From Monocercomonoides exilis PA203 (Eukaryota > Protista > Preaxostyla), in the NCBI GenBank assembly GCA_001643675.2, contig LSRY02000024.1:186001-250000 (forward strand): a stretch of DNA of 64,000 bases, read 5' to 3'. Made by a program: the position numbers and the translations under genes. The notes beneath the pieces were generated by a model. The model saw nothing but the letters and a program-made list of their open reading frames with translations. It was not told the origin of the DNA and searched no databases. Shown in pieces: positions 26,401-39,125 of the stretch. Position 1 is the stretch's first letter. Every line of letters begins with the position of its first letter.

Positions 26401-26495
26401 GAAGAAGATGATGATGATGAGGAAGAAGAAGAAGAAGAAGAAGAAACATTTCAAGATTCCATTCCATTTCCATTCACAGAATTCTCTTCTTTCGA

Positions 26496-29400
26496 TTAGC
26501 TGCCTCTAATCATCTTGCTTTTTTCATCAGTATCCTCAGAGACATTTATTGTCCACTCTCCCTCTTGCTCCACATCACACAATTCTCTGATCCTCCCTAT
26601 CTTCCCATCAACAAAGTTCAACGACAAAAGCTGGCTGTACAAGTTCCTCCCTGCCGAAACAGCAGAATGTGACATCTGTAGCGCCATCGGAAGAAAATAC
26701 GTGTTTCGCCCCGCAGCTTTCAAGACAATCGTTGTCAGATAAGTCAACAGCTCAAGCACATCATAACATCAGCTGGTGATGTTTGCAACCAGCGCATGCA
26801 CACTTTTAGAGTTGAATTGTGCATCACACTAACTTCTGCACAGCTCCCTCTGCCTCTCCTCCACCGCCTCCTGCACTCCAAATGCCCTGATCGTCGCCGC
26901 CACTTCCACACACTGCTTGAAGAAACTCCCTGATTCGCTTCGGGCAGAAACCAACGAACGGTCAATGCGGCGCTTGGCGATGGACGTTGGATGGCTGATC
27001 AGCACCATCGCACTCGTTTTCAGCACAACAGGTAACAGAAGCGCCGGCATTGTTGAGTGGATTGCCACCAGCGCAAAGGACAGTTTCGCGAGGGAGGAGG
27101 CGGTGACAGTGAAGGAATGGAGTGCGCTGTAGCTGATAGGGTTCGCACCATTCAGTTTTCTGAACAACATGCTTGCGTGTGTTGCGTCGAAGAAGCTCAT
27201 CTTTGCGTGGAAAAGATTTGTGCACATGTCTGTCTTGATAGCATGGCAGACTGCTGCTGAAAGTGGTTGCTCAGCAGACGCACAGGAATCTTGCTGAATG
27301 AGGAGAAGAGACTCGTTGCGATGTAGAGGAAGAACAAGAAGCCTGACGAAAGATTGAAGCGATTCAGAAAGGAGAACAGAAACATTTGCTTCTTTTGCTT
27401 CTTCTGCTTTTTATGTCTGAAGGCGTTTTTCTGAGGTGGATGTTTTGATGTTCCCACTCTGGAATTACCATTATTTTTGGTACTTATTTCTTGAGATGAT
27501 GATGATGATGATGATTTCATTGAATCATTCAATGAAGATTCATTCAATGTTTTGTTCAAAATTAATTGTTCTTTTCTTCTCATACTCCCCTCTCTTTTCT
27601 CCTCCAAGTCCATTGAGTGTCCTGTTCATCTGCTCCATCTGTGCATCCTTCGCAGTCCACGTGTTGAGCACAGCGCTCTTTCCATTCTGAGCAACGTTGC
27701 TCAGTACAATCGCCAGCAGCGCCAAGAACAGCAGGAAAAACGATGCATGCTTGAAATACCACAAAACAGAAGAAAGAGAGACAGAATCAGCCTCCATGTT
27801 GATGGACTCCTTCAGACGCCACAGTTCAGAGAGAGAAGGAGAAGGAGAGGAGGAAGAGGAAGAGGAAGAGAAGGAGGAAGAGGAAGAAGAGGATGGAGAA
27901 GGAGAAGATGGAGAAGGAGAAAGAAAAATAGGAGTTTGAATGGAAGGAGAAGAAGAAGAAGAAGATAAATGTGAATGTGAAGGTGAAATGGGTGAAATGC
28001 ATGGAGATGGTGAAGTGTTTGAATGAGTTAAGTTGAATGGAGAAGAAGATGATGGAGAAGAAATGTCATTTGCATCTTCAATCTTCTTTTAACAATTGTT
28101 TTCAAAATTATCTCCCAATGTTTCCCTTTCTCTTTCTCCTCAATTCTTCTCCTCTTCTCTTTCTCCTCTTCCTTTTCTTCCTTCCTTATCCTCCTTCACC
28201 ATCACCCCCATCTCCTTAACAATCCCCGCAAACTCCTCTGCCTTGCCTATCTTTCTGATCCTTCCGTCCTCTTCCATCGCAATGGCTGTGTCAAACTAAG
28301 GCAGACATTTCGTGTGGTGTGTTGCCAACAAGACAGTCTTCCCTTTCAGCAGCTGGCTGATGCATTTGATGACCAGTGCTTGTCCTACATGAGCATCGAC
28401 ACTCGCCAAAATGTCATCCAACAGAAACACCTCTGCCGATGAAGAGACAATCTGAGTGAGTTCTGTCCTCATATCCCTCCATCTTCAGACAGGTTGAATC
28501 CTCTTTCGCGCACTTTTTCTTCGTCTTCGCCTGGAAGAATGGCTTAAATCTTGTTCCAAACAGCATGACCGAATGAAAATGGAGAAGTGGAAGAGGATGG
28601 TGGATTCAATGGTGACGTTGAAGATGAAGCGAATCTGAACGGGAAAGAGGGAGGAACAGACATGTGATGCATATTAGAAGGAGAAGAAAAAAATCAAAGA
28701 ACAGAAAATTATTAAAAAATAATAAAAAATAATAGAAAATCATTTATTTTCATTTTTATTCTTTCTAACTTACACACCTGAGGCACATAAGCCATCTTCC
28801 CCTTCAAATATCCTTTCCCTTCCAAACAGATAGTCTCTCCCAGAATAGGCATTAGCAGCGCCGACTTGACGCAACCAACTGGGAAGAAGAGGTTAATGGG
28901 TGAATGCCTTGGGAGAGAATGACTGAGAGAGAGTGAGAGAGAGGAAGATGCTGTGGATGGAAAGAAGAAAAGGAAGATAAAGGGGATGAGGACTGATGAT
29001 CGGGATTTGTCTTCTTTTCCACAAATACCTTCTTTTCCATCTTTTTCTCGTATTCCTTCACTTTCACTCTCGCTGATTGTTGGCTTCTCGAATTCTGAAA
29101 AGTTGCTATTTGCATGTTTTCTCTCCTTTTTGATGGCAATTTCATTGCGACTCTATGCAAACAATGCATTTGACAGGCTAATCACAACATCATCATTTCA
29201 ATCATTTTGTTTTTCTTTTTTGTTTTTCTTTTTCTTCTTTCTTCTTTCAACTTTTTCATCTTCTCCTTCTTTGAATTCTTCACCTTCTTCTCCTTTAGAT
29301 CTCTCAACAGAATCCTCTGGTTGAGCCAACATCTTCATTCTGTTTATATCGCTTCTCTCCATCCAGACGCTATTAAAGCGATTCTCTGAGCGATTCAACG

Positions 29401-30700
29401 ATTATTTGATGGAAAGAAACAAGACAAACACTTTCAAATGAAAATGCTGTCAGAAGCTCTGACCAACAATCACGATGAGTGTGAATGCCTTCACAAGCGA
29501 CTGAAGACTGTTGTGGATGGAACTGATGAGAAGCCGCAAGAAGAAACAGTTTTTGAGTGAAGTTTCATAAAAGTTTGAAAAAAAACCAATAAAAAATAAA
29601 AAGAAAAGAAAGAAAAAGAAAAAGAAATAAAAGATAAAAATATGCATCAAAAAATGATGTAATACTCTTTTTTCAATAAGTTCGTCTTCTCTCCTCTCTG
29701 TTTGAAGAAGTTTGTTTTTCATCATTTCTTCCCAGCTATTTATTTTTATTAAAAGTCAAAAGAATATCTATGAAACACCAAAAGAGAAATAAAAAAGAGA
29801 GAGTATGGAAAAGTGAAAATGTGAAATAATCATTGCAAAAAAGTTTGAGTAATTTTCAATGATTTCAATCTTTCTTTCTTTCTCATTTTAAAGAAAAATG
29901 TATATATTTTTCATTAAATAAAATTGCACACATTATTTGCTCAACATTTTAATTGTTGTCTGATCTGTTTAGACAAATTCATTCCTATATCGCTCGAATT
30001 GTTTCGAGGTTTGCTTCAAAATCCGCCCCGAAATCGGTGAATCAATGATTGCCATCAAAACGATCCAAGGTGATGAATTTTCCAAAAAAACGTAACAATT
30101 GTCTTCATAGAAAAATACTTCCCAAGCAGTCACACCACCGAACGATTTAAATGTTGAAATGAACTCAAAAATTCGGTTGCAATTTGATTCAGCATATTGC
30201 CATAATCTCCCTTTGTCTTCTCAAATATTTTTTTCATCTTCTCTCAGCTTCAAAGCCTTTTGGAATGTTATCTCTTTCATTGCACGATTAATTATGATGT
30301 CCATTATTGTCATGAAATTGTCCCAAATGTATCCAGCTGCTAAACTCCCGAACATCAAAAAATGTGGAGAAATGAATGAATGATCCCTTTCATCAATACT
30401 CCTTCAGCCTGAACACCCACTCAAGGGAGGAATTTATTTTAAAAGTATCTTGATCACTTATGATTTCAATGATCACGAAAAATCGAAACATCCAAGGAAA
30501 CCAGCAAACACTTTAAAATGATAGAAATAATCATTTCGTTGAAGCAAAGATTCTGGATAACTCTTAATGCGAGTGACAAAATTGAAATGTAATTGTTTCA
30601 ATTAAGATTTGAAGAGAAGTTGGAATGCATATTATAAACTGCCATATTGCTGCTTTTTTGTCTCTTCTTTGTTTTGTTCTTCAAAACTATTTGTTGCTGT
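26496..30700 (-). pseudogene. ABCC (MRP-type) ABC transporter pseudogene: TMD1-NBD1-TMD2, NBD2 absent
   Basis: TMD1 remnants FQKALKL and IKINSWEEMMKNKL; degenerate Walker A PVGCVKSALLMPILGE; MAYVPQ; ERGFNLS; VFLLDDILASVDAHVG; LLKGKTVLLATH; TMD2 HAKMSFFDAT, ATIRAFG, RIRELCDVEQE. Many stops. Confidence 0.85.
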
Positions 30701-31055
30701 TTCTTCATGCTGCTCGGAATATTAAAATGGAAATTATTTTTTAAAAAATTAATGCCAAATATGTGGAATATTTTCCAATGTGTTCAAAATTTCAATCGTA
30801 AGTCCATCCATTTCAATTAAATAAATTATTGTTGGTTCGATCAGAAAGAAAAAAATTCTTTCATTTTTGACTTGATAAAGACTTTCTCGTTGACTTCTTT
30901 GTGAATTATTTTTTAGCACTTATTTTTCCTAAGCAAAAGAATTGGGTTTGGCCTTAATCTTTGTTTTGTCAACAATCATCAATATTTGTTGTTTTTGTTA
31001 TTTTATTTTTTATTTGAAGTTTTGTTGAATATTGATCATTTGTAATATATACAGA

Positions 31056-32503
31056 ATGGAAATACGCAATGAAGGCAAATCCAATGATGATGTTCAGAAG
31101 CTATCATGTGTTGAGAAATTTTCAAGTTTGCGTCAATTGCGTATTTTCAAAGATTTCATGTTTTATGATTTTTGATGATCGTGGAAGAATTGTTTGCTCA
31201 GTTGGAGCATTGTAATGAAACTGAACAGAAGCAGAAAATCCTTGAAATGAATGAAATAATTGATGGAGTGAATAATGAAGAATTTGACTCAATTTTCACA
31301 AAAGAACTATTCAACAAAATCGACAAAATGATTGAAGAAAAGAAAATAACAATAAAAAATGCAATTTATCTGATGAAACATGCCGGATATAACAAAGTTC
31401 TTTTGAACTTTGAGTGTTATGGCTTTTATAATTCTTTGTTGAGCAAAAAATTTGAGAAAATGCTTGTTGATAAAGATAAGAAAACAAAAGAAAAGAATGA
31501 AAAACTTCGTACTGATCTATGTGAATGCTGTCTTTTTCTCAACTGCGTATTTTCATATGAACTGGTATCAATTTGCGTGCCTTGCCTTCTGAAAGTGGCT
31601 ACAAACAAAGATGAAAGAAAAGAAACTCAAAAAGATGTGGAAATAGCTTTGCTGGCTTTGAGCCAAATTGGATATTGCGTATGTTCACTTCTATTTCATT
31701 TTTGAAGTTATTTATTTGTTTTTCTTGTTTTTCATTAGGAAATTGAACAAAAACTGTATTTGAAGGAAATCAAAGAAATTATCGAATATCATCAGGAACA
31801 CCGCAACCTCACTCGACTTGCTTATCGATCAGCTTGGGAATTTTCAATGATCCGATTATTCCGAGACAGAAGCCTGGGGCAAGTAATTGTGAATGAGCTG
31901 CATTTTGGAAGAGAAGCAAGAAGAGAAATCGAAGAGCTGACAAGATGTAATGGTTGGAAGAAGAAACCTGAGGAAATGAGCAAAGAAGAAGCGAATGAAG
32001 TGCTAGTGATTCGGAGATGGATCCAAACATTGAATTCTTATTTTTGCAATTATCATTTGTATAATGAAGAATTTGATAAGATTTTTAGCTGCATTTCCTG
32101 TGTATTTCGAGCAGCGAAGGATAATCACAAAGGAATTAGCGATTTGTGCATTTATTCCTTGAGAAATGCAACAGAAAGAGGAGTTGTGAAAGTTGATGTC
32201 TTGTTGAAAAGTGGTGCTGCTGATGCTGTTTTGGATGGGGTACAGCGACCAACGTTGAGCGAAGGTGTGGCATGTGAATGCTTATGGTTCTTTTTGAATA
32301 TTCCAAGAAGACTGAAAGAAGAGGAGGAGGATGAAAGGGAAGAAGCAAAAAGAAAGGCAACAAAAAAAGAGTTTTTGGAAAAGATGGAAGAAGAAGGGTA
32401 CGAAGATATCATCACGAGCTTTTATGAAACATTTGATTTTCTTGGGAAAAAAAATCATGTTTATTTATCGATAAACATTTATGATTATTTTGTGAATGTT
32501 TAA
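31056..32503 (+). CDS. Expanded helical-protein family, copy 5 (intact)
   Basis: Exons 31056-31125, 31188-31678 and 31739-32503, introns of 62 and 60 nt; close paralog of copy 3; TAA stop. Confidence 0.9.
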
Positions 32504-33052
32504 GGAAATGAAATGTTTCGATTTTTTTGTTTAGGATTCAAAAGTTGTTCTTCTTTCTTTTTTCATCATTTCGCAAAATTACAAAAAAAAAGATTGAAGA
32601 ATTTTTATTAATGTTTTTATCGCCATTTTCAAATAATAAATATTCACAAAATCCATTTTTTCCCCCCCATCAATAATGGTCATTGAATGAATATCAGTCT
32701 TCAATCTTCTTCAAATAGATTCATTTTTTCATGAAAATTCAATTGTTCAGTTATTTCCTCTTGAAGCATCTGGTTAACTCTGATTTTTCTCTTTCTCATC
32801 GCATTCTCGAAGAATTCGAGAAGGAAAAGGAAAAGAATGAAATGAAAATTCTTAAGAAGAATGTGAATGTATTAAAGAAGAAATGTTTGCTGAATAATCA
32901 AGCGATCAACTTTATGAGTACAATAATTTGCAGAAAGCATGGATGAAAAAGAAGCCAATCCAATGCTCCAATTCAGAATGGGAATGGCAGAGCAAGCCAT
33001 TCAGAATTAATTGCTCTTCGCGTTCTTCTCATTTTTGTTCAGTTTTTCATTT

Positions 33053-33317
33053 GGGGGAAAATACGGACTTTCAAGCTTTTTTTGCACAATGCAAAGAAAA
33101 ATTACTTCGTTCATAATTGTATTTCACATTCTTAGATTTTGAAAATCTTTGATTTTCATATCAATGAACAGGCATCATTGTAATCGAAACACAAAGTTTT
33201 GTGACATTTCACGAATGTCAAAAAATGAATATATTTTCAACATGTTTTTGGAAAAAAAAATCAATGAAAAGTGCATAGTTTTTCAATGAAAATGCCTGAA
33301 GTGAAATATTTTGCCCC
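33053..33317. mobile_element. MITE family 1, copy b (265 bp)
   Basis: GGGGGAAAATAC...TATTTTGCCCC; flanks ATTT / ATAT; the paralogous segment near 13390 has a single ATAT and no element. Confidence 0.85.
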
Positions 33318-33999
33318 ATATATCTTTTTTTATTTTTCTTATGTTAATAAATACGCAGTGAGACAGGTTTGCTCCGAGATAATGAGTATTAATTTAAAGT
33401 GTGGGCAGTTTGAGTGAAAAACTTTGCCCTCTCCCAAATGAAGTGGAAAAAAGGGCGAGAAAAATACAAAACAATAGCATAAAAAGTTATATATAAAATA
33501 ATGCATTTTCCGCTTCACTTCCCCTCCGACTTCGCCTTTTCGCCTTGGTCACGAAGACCAGAGGGCAGGGAATGTTGCCACTCGGAGCTCTCTCCTGCAG
33601 GCCGTGCAGGGATTTTGAAGGCGAATGTTCAAAACGGAGCAGAAAGAAAAACCACTCTCGCTTTAGCAAGGCGTGGTGAAGAAAACTGCATGTGATATGC
33701 TCTGCCTCCCGCTCTTCTGCTGCATCAGCAGAGCAAATCCACTTATCACACGCTGCACATTAAAATATCAATTCTTCTCTCAACAACATGTTCAACAACA
33801 ATTTAAGGAGTGGGTTTATGCCTTAAACTGTTTCTTCGTTCCACTTCGATCTGTCCAGGTTCTATGTGCACACTCATCTCATCGGGCGGTTGATCTTTCT
33901 CTCTCCTCTGCTATCTCGCCCTTTTTTCTATTCATCTCCCCCCACACTTCTAGCTCCCCCTCGCACCACTCCGCCTATTGTCTCTCCATCCACATTCCT

Positions 34000-34097
34000 A
34001 TTATCTCGGAGCAAACCCTGTCTCACTGCGTTTTTATTAATTCGCAAAGAAGCGAATCTGCGAACGCAGGGAGCAGGTTTTCTCCTCAATAATGAGT
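34000..34097. repeat. DIRS internal complementary region (ICR)
   Basis: TTATCTCGGAGCAAACCCTGTCTCACTGCGTTTTTATTA is the reverse complement of the left terminus; ATTCGCAAAGAAGCGAA...ATAATGAGT matches the reverse complement of the right terminus; junction at 34039/34040. Confidence 0.9.
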
Positions 34098-34599
34098 CTC
34101 GAAATCCCTTTTATCTCCGTATGTGTGATCAAAAACCCCTTTCCTAACACGCTCAAGTGCGGAGGATGAGTTGAGAGCGTGCGGGTGATGGTGCGGCACT
34201 CCTGCTCTTCACCCTCTCTCTCTTGTGATATCTTTGAGGCGACATTGGTCTGGCCTCTGTATCTTCAGTGTCATTCCCCACCTGACCTATGCTTTTCACG
34301 ATACACTTCTTCAGATCTTTGCCTCTCTTCTTCGGTGGAATTGTGTCCCTCACTCTAGTCAGCTCACAGATATTATTGGGAATAATGGAGGGTGTCCTCT
34401 GACTGCCTGGTCGTCGGGATGCTGAGTTTCGTGACTTAGCCGTTTCACCTCTGTTTTCTTCTCCACTCGGCAGTTTCTTTCCACCTCTTGATCGCTTTCT
34501 CGTAAGCTTCTTCCCTATCTCAGATCCCGCTTTTGGTAATTCCTCAGTGCAATCTTTCGAATCAACTTCTGCTATCTCCAGCGTCCCCTCCTTCAATTC

Positions 34600-35580
34600 T
34601 CCACTCTTATCTGGCTTGTTATCTTCTCCCATCTGGTGTGCTTGTCCGCCGATTGTCTGCAGGATCCATTTTGTGCCTCGTTCCTGCGACACGGTTTTGT
34701 ATTCCTGGGCCGCTCTTGAACCCGGCTCCCATCTCGCATAAGCATTGATCGCCTTCCAGTCCGTTCCTTCTTGTCTTGCTCAGTGTGTAATCGCTGCATG
34801 TCTTGTAGAGAACACGGTAAATGTGTCGGGTATTCCGTTCTCTCTCAGAATAGCTGTTAGCTCTTCCAAAATTTTCTGCAAGTTAGCAGATCTCCTCCCT
34901 TCTATGTCCAACCACGCATGATCATTCTGAAAAGTTGTCTTTATGAACTCCATCCAACATTGGAGCGCCCCCACTGCATCGATACGTGGATTGTGGTGTT
35001 CATTAATAATAACCTTAACCGTCTCTCCCCCTGATGTTTTGATTCGTGCTTGTGTCTGTTCAATATTATCTTTTAATATCGTTGTCTCACTTCTCATTCT
35101 CTCCATCTTTGCTGGCCTTAAAGCTCCAAATATTATAGTGAGGATGAGAGCTCTCCTCTGGAGCGTTCGTATATCCTTTGTGTCGTAAGTGGTCTCAGCC
35201 CATATGGTGATTATTGTCAAGTCCCACCTTGTCTTGTACCATTTGACCTTTCTCGGCTTCTCAACCACATAAGTCTTAATAAATATCTCAATGTCTTTCC
35301 CTTCAATCTTAATCTCTCTGAATGGTTTTATAGAATCCAGCACTTTCCCAACTGTCTGATAAATCACTCCAATTGAAAGGTACGTATTCTAGAGAGTTTC
35401 AGTGAACTCTTCCATAATCCATTTAGCGTCTCTGGATGTGAGGGGGTCAGTGTCATCCATTCTTTCTCTATCCAAAAATTGCTTGAATCTTCGCAGCGCT
35501 CTCCACGTATCCCTTTCACTCTTTTGATTTTTAAGAATTGCTGCTGCTATGTCCTTCGCTCCCACATATACTCCCCATGT
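34600..35580 (-). pseudogene. DIRS tyrosine recombinase remnant
   Basis: ORF 34780-35367: KPRKVKWYKTRWDL, GALRPAKM (catalytic R), KTS, FSTRHAAIT (HxxR-like); premature stop. Boundaries approximate. Confidence 0.8.
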
Positions 35581-36740
35581 TAAGAAGAGGTCTTTTCCTG
35601 GAGTATTTTCCTTTCCAGTTTAACGCTTATGACCTCTCCTGGGAATAACTTCCAGCCTTCCCTTATCATCTTCGTTCCTGGTGTCATGCACTCCTGAAAG
35701 GTCCCCAGGGTCTTTGTCAAATGCCCAGGCTGCAGTAGCGGGGTCCAGGTCTGCCCCCGCCAGGCTGGCAGAATCAGAATCGTCAGATTCCTCTGAGCTT
35801 CGTTCATCTTCTCTTTCATCACTCGTCCAATGTTTCTCAGGAACGGGTGGACTAGGACTATGTCGTCTTCTGGTGTTCCTTTCTCTCTCTTCCTTCTCAT
35901 GGAGGATAGTCTCCAAGTACTTCCGCAGGGCACCGGCGCAATCTGTTCTGAAATTGTATCTAGTGTTCTCGGTGCGATTGTCTGTAATATCTCTGCGATT
36001 TTCTCCCCACTCTTAACATAGTCCGGCTTTTTCGCCATCCGACTGAGTGCATCTTCTTCCGTGTTCTGTTCTCCCGGGAGGTGTTCCGTCTGTATAGAAA
36101 TGTCCAGGCTGTTCAATATCTTCTCTAATGCTCTCAGTGTTGGAATGAGCAACGTGGCTCCTTTTTTCTTCTGTATCGTCCATCTCGTGGACATGTTGTC
36201 TGTCTTCAGACGAATATGATCTATCTTCTGTTGTTGCAGCCATGCTCCCTTTCTCTCTTGTTTCCTCAACACTGCTCTGGACTCCTTCTCGTTTATCGCT
36301 AACGCACTCTCCTGGAGGGTCCAACTTCCGTGGACATATATCTTCTCCTCTTTGTTCTCCCTCGGTATTGTCAATACTGCACCCAAACCCAGCTCTGACG
36401 CATCCGTTGTCAGCTCTGCTGGTCTGTTCCTTCTCTTCAGACTCCTTGGTCTGTTTTCTTGTAGTATCTTTCTTCAGTGTGTTAATTCTCCCAGTATCAT
36501 TGGGTTGACTATCACGATTCCCTTCCAGCCTCCACGGGCTATTGCATGCCTCAGCACGTATTGCATGCGCTTCATCCACAAGCTCGCTGGTGGGTGTTGT
36601 AACCTCACAAAATTCAACCTCCCGAGGAGTGCTGCTAAGTCCCTCGTCTTTTGTCTCCTTCTTTCCTTTGCCAGCGCTATCCAAATTCGCACATCCTCCA
36701 GGAGCAGCTCTCTCTTTCTCTCCTGGAGTGTCACTTCCAT
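35580..36740 (-). pseudogene. DIRS RNase H plus C-terminal methyltransferase-like remnant
   Basis: RDLAALLGRLNF, TTDAS, AINEKESRAV, LKTDNMS, EHLPGEQNTEEDALSR, then VLVHP...LILPAWRGQTWTPLL. Confidence 0.8.
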
Positions 36741-36746
36741 CTTCTC

Positions 36747-37767
36747 TTAGTTCCACAGCCATCCCAAAAACTCAACGCTCCTTGCGGGTTCTAGCTTCAG
36801 CTTCTCCTCCGACAGTATCCAGCCCAGATTTCTCAGGAACTGGGCTATCTCCTGTGAGATCGATCTCAAGGCATCCCTGTCTGGATGCATAAGGAGAATA
36901 TCGTCCAGATATATCACCAGCTTTACCTTCCAATGTTCTCTGATATATGACGCTACCCGTCTCATTATCTTCGTGAATACTCTGGGCGCGTCCTTTGCTC
37001 CAAATGGCATCCCCACGTAAGCGTAGCATTGACTTTGAAAGCTGAAGCACATATAGGGACTAAATTGCTCGTCCACCTTGACATGCTGATATGCACTCGA
37101 TATGTCCATAGTTGTCATCCAGTCGTTCTCCTCCAGGAGTTCCACCACTGTCTCCTGGGAATCCATCTTTAAATGCTTTCCCCTGCACTATTTCGTTAAG
37201 AGCTCTGCAATCTAGTATCTTTCTCCACTATTCGTTCTTCTTTCTGACCATGAATGTCGGGTTGAACAACTTCACCTCCGACTCCTGTATGGGCTTCACC
37301 ACTCCGTCCTTCAATTCCAACTCCAAGAGGGATAAATAATTGTTCGTCATCTCCTTCATCCCTCGAAATTCCTGTTTGAGTTTTCTTTCCTCGAGTGAGA
37401 TTGGGGACTGAGGACTTCTCCATCGAGCTCTTATACAATGGCTCACTAATTTGTCTCCCCCAATCTTCTTCCACTCGCTCAGCCTGTTCAATAGTCTTCC
37501 AGGAAGTGGCTCCTTCAGTGGCCCAATCGCTGCAGTCCTCATATCTTTTGGCGTCTTGAAGCCATGCTGAATCTGTGTACTCTCTTCTCCTTCGAGAGTA
37601 TCTGCAATAGTTCTCCTCGAGTTCTCCTCCCGAGCACTCCCAATTGGTGAATTTGTCACAGTCCCAGAAGCTCTCCCAACAACCATCTCGTTCCTCATCT
37701 CGTTCATCTGTCTCGTTACTCGGGGATATGCGGAGTCTTCCTCTGTGTTCTCTCTCCCTGTTCCCAT
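36747..37767 (-). pseudogene. DIRS reverse transcriptase remnant
   Basis: PTFMVRKK, MTTMDISSAYQHV, GMPFGAKDAPRVFTKIM, IYLDDILL, EFLG; stop and frameshift near 37170-37230. Confidence 0.92.
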
Positions 37768-37899
37768 TTCGTGGTCTCTCGAGATTTCTATATCTATCCT
37801 CTTCTCTCAATCGAATGAGCTCAGTGCCTCTTCGTTGTTCTCGCAAACTCTCACGGGTTCCGTTCTTGTAACTATCTGTCGATTGAATAAAACTCCCCG

Positions 37900-39125
37900 T
37901 TGCATTGTCACTCCCTCGGAATTCAATAGCATTCCGTTTCCGATCTTTTGCAACAATGCACGACTCCCCTCCCCGTCAATTTAAATAGGTCCATTGGCTC
38001 GTTCCAATAGCTGTTCCCCCTTGAGTCCTTGGGAGATCCGGTGGCAATGGTCCCGTAATAGGGACTGGCCTTCCAGTGATGGTTGGGACGAACTGTGCCA
38101 GAAACTGGAGCGTTCTCTTCTTTCCTTTGAAGTCTGCGAATCTCCTTCAGCATCCCCTTTTCTTGAGCTGTCTGTATACAAATCCTTGGGTGCTCCTTCC
38201 CGAACTGTATCTTCTCGGGAGTCCCCCTCTGGATGTTGTGGGCCCGAAACCTGTTGTGGAGTCGGGAGATGCACAGTATCCTGCTGCATCTCCCTCTGCT
38301 TGAAAAAAGCTTTTGCTCTCTTCCGACTTTTTTTGATTCTCTGGCACTTCCTTCGCCATTCCTCCTTCAAAAAAGCCTTTCGCGCTCTCCCAACCCGATT
38401 AGTGTTTTCCTTTCAGTAGGTTTATTCTGCTGATACAGTCTGCAATAAGCGCATAGGCGCAAAACAGTCCTCTCAGTCGTTCTTTCTCCTCTTCCATGAT
38501 GTGCGCCTTCCATAATTCCTTCACCGTGAGGGCTTCGATCGCTTTCGCTGCTTCAAAGCCCGAGTCAAGGGCAGGCTGGAGGAGTTCGATTGCTCTACTC
38601 GCTTCAGGTGAATCTCTTCTCCTCTTTGTTGTGATGGATGTTCTGGCAAGCGCATTCCAATTTGTGTCTGTGTGTCCTGTAAAAAAAAAATCATTCTCAC
38701 TCTCTGGGATAAATGTATTCAATATGTCATCATTCATTCTTTTCGAGCCAGCTTTGCAAAACTCAATAAACTTCCTCAACTCGCTCGCTTGTCTCCAGGG
38801 TGTCAACACATTTCTGGGAAAAATTCTGGTTTATTCTTCTGTTTTTTCCTTTTCTTCCTGCACTTCTTGTTCTTCCGAATCCCAGTCGCTATCCTCTTCA
38901 TATTCCCGTCTCCTCGTGCGGCTAACTGAACGACGCAATCTCTCACGCTTTCCTTGTTTCCCTCTTGCGATCAGATCACTAAAATTTGCATCCGACTCCG
39001 ACTCGCTCGATCTCGACTGGGATCTCTTCCTTTGTCATTCTCTCTTTTCCTTTTTCATTGGCAACATTCCCGAAGCTCCGGACTGCATTGGCCATGTCTG
39101 GCTCCTAGCGAATTCTTCCATCATG
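37900..39125 (-). pseudogene. DIRS gag-like ORF remnant
   Basis: Broken ORFs 38399-38809 and 37981-38370 lie upstream of RT; assigned by position only. Confidence 0.5.
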
